NCBI GenBank assembly: GCA_016182055.1
Contig: JACOYD010000003.1
Coordinates: forward strand, 1 to 32,768
Length of the DNA: 32,768 nucleotides
Origin: Candidatus Microgenomates bacterium
GTDB taxonomy: Bacteria > Patescibacteriota > Microgenomatia > Levybacterales > JACOYD01
Reading direction: 5' to 3'
Shown here: positions 14,723-22,500 of the stretch, piece by piece
Layout of the letters: each line of letters opens with the position of its first letter
Numbering within the stretch: position 1 is the stretch's first letter
Made by a program: the position numbers and the translations under genes
Notes under the pieces: model-generated
The model's input: the letters and a program-made list of their open reading frames with translations, nothing else
Databases searched by the model: none
What the model was told of the DNA's origin: nothing

Positions 14723-15790
14723 ATGACTTCCCAGGATATAGAATTTTCCAACGATATTCAAAAGCTGCAAGTAAAAATCCAAGCAGTTTCCCTGCCGCCA
14801 GATCTTCTTGAACGAATGCAGTCGATGATTGACAGGCTCACCCGCATGGCAGCCCATGGCGGCTACTCCAGCGAATACGAGGCGATAAATCGCTATATAG
14901 ACTGGATTGTTAATTTGCCGTGGCAGGGGAGAAGCCAGGACAATTTGGATTTAGTCAATGCCAAAGCGGTGTTGGACAAAAACCATTATGGATTGTCGCA
15001 GATTAAAGACAGAATTTTGGAGTATCTGGCCGTCTTGTCATTACAGTCCAAAACAAGGTCGGACCTTGAAAAAGGGCTTATTAGGGCGCCAATTTTGTGT
15101 CTAGTAGGTTTAGTGGGAACAGGAAAAACCACCCTTGGTTTCTCTATTGCCCAGGCTTTAGGCAGAAAATTTGAGCGGATTCCCTTTGGTGGAATGGGAG
15201 ATAGTTTAACTCTGCGGGGACAGGCCCGGGCTTTTGCCGATGCCGAGCCGGGAGCGGTGATTAAAGCCTTGCGGAGGGCCCAAACCAAAAATCCGGTCAT
15301 TTTGCTTGATGAAATAGACAGGGTGGCCGAAGGTGCGCGATCTGATATTATGGGAGTTTTAATTGAACTTTTGGATCCTGAACAAAACGTCAATTTTATT
15401 GATCACTTCGTTGATTACCCATTTGATCTGTCCGAAGTCCTCTTTGTGGCCACTGCCAATAATACTACCAATATCTCTACCGCTGTTTTGGACAGACTGG
15501 AGCCTTTGCAAATGCCATCATATTCCGATGAAGAGAAAACCACCATTGCCAAGTCTTATGTTTTTCCCAAAGCAGTGGCCGAGGCCGGCCTTGCTCAAGG
15601 GCAGTTAACTATTGCCGATTCGGTCTGGCCGCAAATTGTCCGTCCGCTTGGTTTTGATTCCGGCATCCGAACTTTGGAGCGGACCATCCAGGGAATTTGC
15701 CGCAAGGTGGCGCGGATGATTGTGGAAGGAAAAGGTCAAACCTTTACTATTACACCGGAAAATGTTAAAGAATTCCTGCCAACCTGGTAA
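14723..15790 (+). CDS. Lon-like AAA+ ATPase module lacking both the N-terminal substrate domain and the C-terminal S16 protease domain.
   Basis: Lon-specific blocks YIDWIVNLPW, HYGLSQIKDRILEYLAV, Walker A GLVGTGKTT, Walker B VILLDEIDR, DLSEVLFVATAN and GIRTLERTIQGICRKVA. The protein stops at the AAA/protease boundary. ATG 14723 is preferred over the track start 14426, which overlaps fba. TGtTATACT lies at 14705-14713. Confidence 0.8.
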   Translation: MTSQDIEFSNDIQKLQVKIQAVSLPPDLLERMQSMIDRLTRMAAHGGYSSEYEAINRYIDWIVNLPWQGRSQDNLDLVNAKAVLDKNHYGLSQIKDRILEYLAVLSLQSKTRSDLEKGLIRAPILCLVGLVGTGKTTLGFSIAQALGRKFERIPFGGMGDSLTLRGQARAFADAEPGAVIKALRRAQTKNPVILLDEIDRVAEGARSDIMGVLIELLDPEQNVNFIDHFVDYPFDLSEVLFVATANNTTNISTAVLDRLEPLQMPSYSDEEKTTIAKSYVFPKAVAEAGLAQGQLTIADSVWPQIVRPLGFDSGIRTLERTIQGICRKVARMIVEGKGQTFTITPENVKEFLPTW

Positions 15791-15829
15791 CATAATTTTT
15801 ATTATAACTATTATATAATATACTCAAAT

Positions 15830-17482
15830 ATGACTAATTCACTGCGTTTTATTCCCTTAGGCGGAGTGGGAGATGTAACCAAGAACATGTACGTCTATGA
15901 ATACGGCAATGATATTCTGATTATTGACTGCGGTATTGGTTTTCCCCACGAGGAGATGTTTGGGGTAGATCTGCTCATTCCCGATATTTCTTATCTTCTG
16001 GATAAAAAAGATAAAATTCGCGGCATGGTTTTGACTCACGGACACGAAGACCATATAGGTGCTCTTCCTTATATTTTGCCCTCACTTCCTAAAATTCCCA
16101 TCTTTGCCACTAGGCTTACAGCCGGTTTGGCCAATGCCAAGCTGTCCGAGTTTGGACTGGGTACGCCGGTAGCCTCTACTTCATACGGAGGAGACATTCC
16201 ACTGGGACAGTTTAATGTTTCTTTTATCCATGTTTCTCACTCTGTTCCCGATGCGGCCAATATCGCAGTTAAAACTCCGATAGGCAATTTTTTTCATGCC
16301 AGCGATTTTAAGTTTGATTTAACTCCGGTTGACGGCCAGCCCACAGATGTTTTATCCATTGCCGAAATTGGACAAAAGGGGACGATTGGTCTTTTTTCCG
16401 ATTGTCTGCGCAGTGAAACGCAAGGAGTAACTCCTTCGGAGCGAAATATCGAGGAAAGTCTGGCGCAGGAAATTCAGCAGTGCCAGGGTAAATTTATCGT
16501 TACCACTTATTCGTCCAATATCTCGCGTCTTCAGCAGGCAGTTAATGTAGCTTCCCGTTTTAACAGAAAAGTCTGTTTTGTCGGCCGCTCCATGGTGGCG
16601 GCCAAAGAAGTGGCAGTGAAACTGGGATTTTTGACAATTCCCAGGGGACTGGAAGTTAAGCTGGAACAATTAAAACATTATCAAGATAAACAGCTATTAT
16701 GCATCGTGGCCGGCAGTCAGGGACAGGAAAATTCGGCCATGACCAGAATTGCCGCCGGCGATGACAAATTTATCAAAATTACAGACGCAGATGCTATTGT
16801 ATTTTCGGCCGATCCTATTCCCGGCAATGAAAACGCCGTCAATAGCTTAATTGACGCTCTTTCCAAAAAAGGAGCGGAAGTTTTTTATTCGGAAATCAAT
16901 GATTCCTTTCATGTGTCGGGACACGGGGCGGCTGCCGATCTGATGCTGATGATTCAACTGACCAATCCCAAGTTTCTTTTGCCTATCGGCGGCACTTATA
17001 AGCAGATGGTGCAGTATCGCAAACTGGCCACCAGTATGGGATATAAGAAAAACCAGGTTTTTTTGGCAGACGATGGTGATATTTTGGAATTCACTGCTAA
17101 CTCGGCCCGGGTGACAGGCAAAGTGCCGCTGCGCCAGGTTTATGTTGATGACATTGAGGGAGTAGAAATTCATTCGTCAATACTGCGAGACCGGCAGAAA
17201 CTGGCGGAAGATGGAATCATCATAGCCATTGTACAGGTGGATAGAGAAGGCCGGCTTTATAACGATATTGATTTAGTTTCCAGAGGTTTTTTGGATTTTT
17301 CCCAAAACAAAGACGTTTTGCAAAGCATCAAGCAGGAGATACGGCGGACACTTTCCCAACATCAGGGTAAAGTAAAAGAGTGGCATTTACAGAGAAAACT
17401 TATCGAAACGGCTCTGGAGAAGTTTATCCTCAAAAATCTCCGCCGCCGGCCGCTGGTATTATCGATTGTTATTGAGGTATAA
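15830..17482 (+). CDS. rnj: Ribonuclease J (metallo-beta-lactamase/beta-CASP).
   Basis: LTHGHEDHIGALPY, beta-CASP blocks, and the C-terminal domain. TATAAT/TATACT at 15814-15824 sits just upstream of the ATG. Confidence 0.9.
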   Translation: MTNSLRFIPLGGVGDVTKNMYVYEYGNDILIIDCGIGFPHEEMFGVDLLIPDISYLLDKKDKIRGMVLTHGHEDHIGALPYILPSLPKIPIFATRLTAGLANAKLSEFGLGTPVASTSYGGDIPLGQFNVSFIHVSHSVPDAANIAVKTPIGNFFHASDFKFDLTPVDGQPTDVLSIAEIGQKGTIGLFSDCLRSETQGVTPSERNIEESLAQEIQQCQGKFIVTTYSSNISRLQQAVNVASRFNRKVCFVGRSMVAAKEVAVKLGFLTIPRGLEVKLEQLKHYQDKQLLCIVAGSQGQENSAMTRIAAGDDKFIKITDADAIVFSADPIPGNENAVNSLIDALSKKGAEVFYSEINDSFHVSGHGAAADLMLMIQLTNPKFLLPIGGTYKQMVQYRKLATSMGYKKNQVFLADDGDILEFTANSARVTGKVPLRQVYVDDIEGVEIHSSILRDRQKLAEDGIIIAIVQVDREGRLYNDIDLVSRGFLDFSQNKDVLQSIKQEIRRTLSQHQGKVKEWHLQRKLIETALEKFILKNLRRRPLVLSIVIEV

Positions 17483-17843
17483 ACTCATTGCTTTTTATAC
17501 GAACGTTGCCCGGGCTGACAATAATCAGGTTGCTTTTATAATCTTCTTTGCGTAAATCTTTTAATAATCTTTTGACTTCTTGATTGATAGTAGCGGTTGA
17601 AAGCTCATTTGGAAAACGCAGAATGATAATTCCCTTATGTTTAGGAAAATCCAGGATATTTGCGAAATCTAGGTCTCCGGAAACTATGATTGCTTCTTTC
17701 TGTTGAGCCCAAGCAAAAATTTGCTGATCTTTTTGTCCTCGCAAACCTTCATCTCGCACATCAAAAACAGTAAAACCTAAGTCCTTAAAAACTGAAGCTA
17801 TGGATTTATGAAGGTCTTCATCAATTAAAACTCGAAGATTCAC
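17469..17843 (-). CDS. DUF5615 (Mut7-C/PIN-like) protein; putative toxin.
   Basis: VLIDEDLHKSIASVFKDLGFTVFDVRDEGL...IIVSGDLDFANI pattern. The GTG start abuts the stop of the upstream DUF433 gene. The 3' end overlaps the rnj 3' end by 14 nt (convergent). Confidence 0.7.
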   Translation of the reverse strand: MNLRVLIDEDLHKSIASVFKDLGFTVFDVRDEGLRGQKDQQIFAWAQQKEAIIVSGDLDFANILDFPKHKGIIILRFPNELSTATINQEVKRLLKDLRKEDYKSNLIIVSPGNVRIKSNEFIPQ

Positions 17844-18089
17844 TTAAATACCAACAAATACTTTTTCCTGCTCTACTAAACGAGTAGCGTATTTGATGGC
17901 ATTGAGGACATCTTTTTTGGTAACTTGGTACTCTGTTACTACTTCTTCAATCAGCATACCTCCGGCAAGTTTTCCTAAAATTACCTCCACCGGTACTCTG
18001 GTACCTTTAATGACAGGCTTGCCAAATCTAACCTGCTGGTCAACAGTTACTCCTTGGGCAAGTTCATATTTTTTCTTCACCCTTTTCAT
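17844..18089 (-). CDS. DUF433 protein; putative antitoxin partner of DUF5615.
   Basis: RFGKPVIKGTRVPVEVILGKLAGGMLIEEVVTEYQVTKKDVLNAIKYA is the DUF433 signature. Confidence 0.72.
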   Translation of the reverse strand: MKRVKKKYELAQGVTVDQQVRFGKPVIKGTRVPVEVILGKLAGGMLIEEVVTEYQVTKKDVLNAIKYATRLVEQEKVFVGI

Positions 18090-18097
18090 ACAAAATT

Positions 18098-18126
18098 ATT
18101 ATACCACGGAAATAAATAGTTTACAA
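18098..18126 (-). promoter_or_regulatory. Promoter TTGTAA-17-TGgTATAAT for the DUF433/DUF5615 pair.
   Basis: On the minus strand, the -35 is the complement of 18121-18126 and the -10 is the complement of 18098-18103. The ATG A is at 18089, so 8 nt separate the -10 from the ATG. Confidence 0.65.
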
Positions 18127-18192
18127 AATAAATGTTTATGGATAATTCTTGTCTCTACCTTAGGGGTGGAAAAATAAGATGACAAGGTGGTA

Positions 18193-19260
18193 TTAGTGAC
18201 TATGGTGGTTGCCATTTTGTAATAGAGTGACTGTTCCTAGTAAATCCTCAGCAGTAATCGGTCGCCATTCTCCTCCTTGAGCCTCTGCTTCAGTTTTTAT
18301 TAAGATTGTTTTATTAATTATGAATTCTAAATCAGCGCCGCTGGCCCCATCTGTTGCTTGAACAATCTTGTCAAGATCCATATTTTCTTCGAAGAGCTCT
18401 GTTGGGAAACCTGATCTTTGAAGAGCTTTATTGATATGAACCTGTAGAATTGCTTTTCTACCAGTTTGATCTGGGAGACCGACTTCGATTAAACGGTCGA
18501 ACCTCCCGGGTCTTAAAAGGGCGTCATCAACAATTTCTAAACGGTTGGTAGCAGCAATAAAAGTAACATTAGGGTGAGCTCGAATTCCATCCATATTTTG
18601 AAGCATCACGGAAACGATGCTGGCAGAAGCATCCCAAGAGGCTGTACGTTCACGACCAAGTGCATCAATTTCATCAAAAAAAATAATTACTTGATTACCT
18701 CCCTGGGCACTTGTAGCAGCTTTTGTAAAAACATCGGCCATATTTTTTTCTGATTGACCATACCATTTAGTTCTTATATCAGAGCAAGTGACATCAATAA
18801 AAACTGCTCCAGTTTCTTGGGCAATGGCACGAGCCAAAATGGTTTTGCCGTTGCCCGGAGGACCAAAAAAAAGAATACCTTTAGGTCTTTTTGCCCCACG
18901 TTTCATAAGAGCTTCGGGGTTTTTAATGGAAAGTACTAGGCTTTTAGCCTCTGCTACAGCCCTATCTTGGCCGGCAATCTCGTCAAAGGTGGGGAATTGA
19001 GGTTTGTCCTTCGGTTCGGCAGGTTTAACGGTCGCTCCCTCCTGGATTAGTAGATTCAAAACCCACACGCCTCCCCCAAGTGCCAAAAACCAGTTTCTGT
19101 GGTTTTCTAGCTCTTGAACAGCTTTAGCACCAGTTCCCTGAATAGTACCGAGATAATCTGCATCCTGCCAGTTATCTACCCCAAGGGTCATAGAAGCAAT
19201 AGAACCGGCCAAAAGGACATTTTTAAAAGCTCTGGTGCCACTGATTTTTTCCTTACCCAT
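18193..19260 (-). CDS. Membrane-anchored classical AAA ATPase (FtsH-like) with no protease domain.
   Basis: Two N-terminal hydrophobic spans, Walker A GPPGNGKT, Walker B IIFFDEID, and SRH ATNRLEIVDDALLRPGRFD. The protein ends about 90 aa after the SRH with no HEXXH. Confidence 0.85.
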   Translation of the reverse strand: MGKEKISGTRAFKNVLLAGSIASMTLGVDNWQDADYLGTIQGTGAKAVQELENHRNWFLALGGGVWVLNLLIQEGATVKPAEPKDKPQFPTFDEIAGQDRAVAEAKSLVLSIKNPEALMKRGAKRPKGILFFGPPGNGKTILARAIAQETGAVFIDVTCSDIRTKWYGQSEKNMADVFTKAATSAQGGNQVIIFFDEIDALGRERTASWDASASIVSVMLQNMDGIRAHPNVTFIAATNRLEIVDDALLRPGRFDRLIEVGLPDQTGRKAILQVHINKALQRSGFPTELFEENMDLDKIVQATDGASGADLEFIINKTILIKTEAEAQGGEWRPITAEDLLGTVTLLQNGNHHSH

Positions 19261-19267
19261 AAATCAC

Positions 19268-19297
19268 ATTTTACTATAATGACTTATAGTTTGTCAA
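19268..19297 (-). promoter_or_regulatory. Promoter TTGACA-18-TAAAAT for the AAA ATPase gene.
   Basis: On the minus strand, the -35 is the complement of 19292-19297 and the -10 is the complement of 19268-19273. There are 7 nt to the ATG at 19260. Confidence 0.5.
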
Positions 19298-19312
19298 GTT
19301 AAAAATCTTCTG

Positions 19313-19341
19313 TTGCAATCTTATAGCAATGTTACTATCAT
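19313..19341 (+). promoter_or_regulatory. Promoter TTGCAA-17-TATCAT for the micro-ORF and giant ORF.
   Basis: TTGCAA at 19313-19318 and TATCAT at 19336-19341. The ATG at 19348 lies 6 nt after the -10. Confidence 0.5.
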
Positions 19342-19347
19342 AAATAT

Positions 19348-19500
19348 ATGAAGCATAATTTGCCGAAAGAGCAGATACTCAAAAACTATGAGCAAAAAGG
19401 GTATGAAATTGTGCGAAGAATGGTGGAAATTGTGGCCCGCGCCCAAAGAAAAGTTGATAATAAAGCATATAACAAAGCGTTAGAAAAAATGGAAAGATAG
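19348..19500 (+). CDS. 50-aa hypothetical protein (Lys/Glu-rich, helical-looking) immediately upstream of the giant ORF.
   Basis: Hand translation: MKHNLPKEQILKNYEQKGYEIVRRMVEIVARAQRKVDNKAYNKALEKMER, ending in a stop. It ends 5 nt before the ATG at 19506. It is below the ORF-track size cut-off and no homolog was recognised. Confidence 0.4.
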   Translation: MKHNLPKEQILKNYEQKGYEIVRRMVEIVARAQRKVDNKAYNKALEKMER

Positions 19501-19505
19501 CCAAC

Positions 19506-22500
19506 ATGCCTGCCGCAGTTAGTCCAGAAGTAAGACCACCAGAAGCAAGACCTCCTGCCGAGAAGCCCTCTTTCGAGAGTCGCTTTCAACAGATAGGCGG
19601 ACAATTTAGAACAATCCAAACCAGATTTCTGGCTACCGTGGCCGGACTTGCCCGAGATAACCCAACCGTTAATCTTACGGGAGAAGAGGAAGATCTTCGA
19701 AGTCAAGCAAACGCTTTGGAGCGTTTAGGCGAAGATACAGAAAAAAGGTTAGGGATTGATGTACGAGGAGTAGTTGGGGCAGCAGGAGCAAAAGTGCGCG
19801 GGGGAATTGATACGCTGGCCAGCCGGGCCGGAACAAAATTAGAAGTAATGCGAAGAGAGGATCTTTTCCGCCACTTTCAAGAAGAAGGCCTGGAAGATCC
19901 CCAAAAAGCTCTGGCGGTAGTTGATTATCTAGAACATAATTTGCTTCACACAAGGGATTGGGTAAAAGTACGCGGCAAAGATGAAATACAAATTGAGCAA
20001 CCTTATCGCTACAGTAAAGAAGATGTTGAAAGCATTAGACAAATAACCTCTGGCGTAGAAGACCCAATAAAACTACTAAATCAGATTTCTCAAGTAATCC
20101 AGCTTCCGCAGTCATATCGTTTACATACATTTAGCCGCTATGTAGAACTCGTTAAAGACAATCCTCGGCTCCCGGATTTAATTGCCAGGCTTTCGCAAAT
20201 AGGTTCTCTGGGAAAGATAAGTATTTATAATGTTAACTTTTCCGATGATGAGCAAACAAAAGCAACGTACAGAGACTATTATTCAAATAAGACACTACCA
20301 GAACCTATACAACAATTCCTCAAAATACCCCAAGAAGAATATGAGAAGCTTTTTAGTCAGGATAATATAAATTGGGTAAAACAATTAAACGAAAGGTTAG
20401 TAAATTTTTGTAAAAGACGAGAAGCAGATACAAAGAGCGTAGTACGAACACCCGCATTACAAGATTTACTTACAATAGCAGGTGATGCTACTTTTCAAAA
20501 AATGTATGAGGAATCGATTAGAGATAGGTTTGGAGAGTATTCTATTACGGAAAGAAATGTAGGCGAAAGTGCGGATTTTTTTCTCGGGCTGGTGAGGGAA
20601 GCGCCAGAGCTAATTGAGCTTTATAAGAATGGTTTTAATGTGGGAAATATAATTAAATATAATTATAGTTTTGAACAGGGTTTAAGTACCGCTATTGCCC
20701 GCCGGGGAGAATTCCAGCAGATACTGGCTGATGGGGAACTTTGTAAAAGGGCACAGATTATGGAGCGATATGGACGGCGAGTACCCGTTGTCTCTTCGCT
20801 TGAAAACGCCCCCACGTATTTACAGGTTGAGCCAGAACAGTTAGAAAAGTCTTTAGTTATTTTAAATAATCTGCAAAAAACCGCCGCCGATATAGAAGGG
20901 GATGTACATAATGAATTACAGAGTATTTGCAGGTTGATTAAAAATGGAGCATTGGATAAAGTAGGAGTTGAAGAAGTAAAAACCGCCTTCGAGGTTCTGA
21001 ATGAACATGGCGTTTCCTATACCGCGCTTCCCGTGCATCTAGGAATTCTTATAGGAGATTGTCAAGATGGTCATGATTTGCAAAATAGAATGGAGTGGAT
21101 AGTACGGCCAGATTTTCAGGAATCTTTGGCAAAATTCTTTACAAGCTATGCATTAAATAATCCTGATATCAGGATAGAGGCTCTTAAATCGCCTGAATTA
21201 TTCTCCTGGCTTTATGAAAATAGAGAGCGCATGCACCAGCGGATTGAGTTGTGGCAGGAGAAGAACAAATATTTTGATAGTGGCCTTAAGAATTTATCAG
21301 CACTTAAACAACTTGCAGATCTTAGTGATGCCCAATTTGAACAGCTCACTTCGCTTCTAGCAGATAGAGTAGTAATATCTGATTCTTCTATCTTAAGAGG
21401 AATAAGACTGTTGTCTTTTTCTCAACAGGAAAGAGAAGAGTTATTTGCTAGTTGTGAAAGACACTATATGCCTATTATTTCCGATGGATCGACTATGCCT
21501 CTTAATAATGAGGCCGCAGAAATTCTTCTTTCTGCTTCTGTTCAAAGACGCGAAGAGCTTTTTGCTATCGCAGATAAGCTCCCAAAACCTGCTTACGCAA
21601 ATTATGGACTTCCTTCCGAAAAGGTTTTATTCTGGAACTACTTGCTTGATAATCCACAAGCTCTTGATAGATTGACTGTCTTTGCAGGATTAAACGAAGC
21701 TGCGGAAATAACTAGACATGGTCTGATGACGGGATTATTCATGAGGCTAATAGACAAGAATAGGGAAAACCCGGAGTTTATTTTGAATGATTATATAACT
21801 GAACAAGGACTGCCGACACTTCGATTTATAACAGATCTTATTGAACAGAGAGAGGCATATCATTATGATGAAAATTATCGTAACGGAGTTCTAGGATTAA
21901 ACGATGTTTTGACGGTACTTTTGAGTGACGATTTTCTGGCATCGCTGTCCCCGCAGGAAAAACCTTTTTGGCAGGCTTTTAAGATTGTTCCGCTCACAGG
22001 GCGGGCTATTCTTGTTCAGCAAAAAGAGAGATTTAACGAGTTCTTTGCTGATGGAAAACCAACAGTGGTTTTTCTTAACGAGTTTGTTTTGAAAGAACAA
22101 ACCCCAGAGAAAGTAGATAGATTATTAAGTATTGTTGATTTTGAATCGTTTTCACAAGATGAAAGAATATTTTGGCAGGTTTTTAGAATCACTCCTTATC
22201 CAGCCCGACCTATTCTTACTGAACAAAGAGAAAGATTAAATGAATTTTTTATTAACGGAAAACCAACAGCGTCTTTTCTTGAGGAAGTTGTCGGAAAACA
22301 ACAGCTCCAAGCGTTAGACACATTACTAGAAATAGCGGATTTAGAATCATATCCGCAAGATGAAAAAGCATTTTGGCAATCTTACAGAAGTTTTCCCAGA
22401 GCAATTAAAAAATTTGTTTTGGAACAAAAAGACAGGTTTTCTGAACTTGTAGTTGATGGTAAAGAAACACCTGCTTTTTATTCAGAACTTGCTGTAAATA

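Noticed and set aside
17469-17482. 14-nt convergent overlap of the rnj and DUF5615 3' ends as a regulatory feature.
   Set aside because: Short convergent overlaps are common in compact genomes, and no additional structure was seen. It is noted only in the feature evidence.
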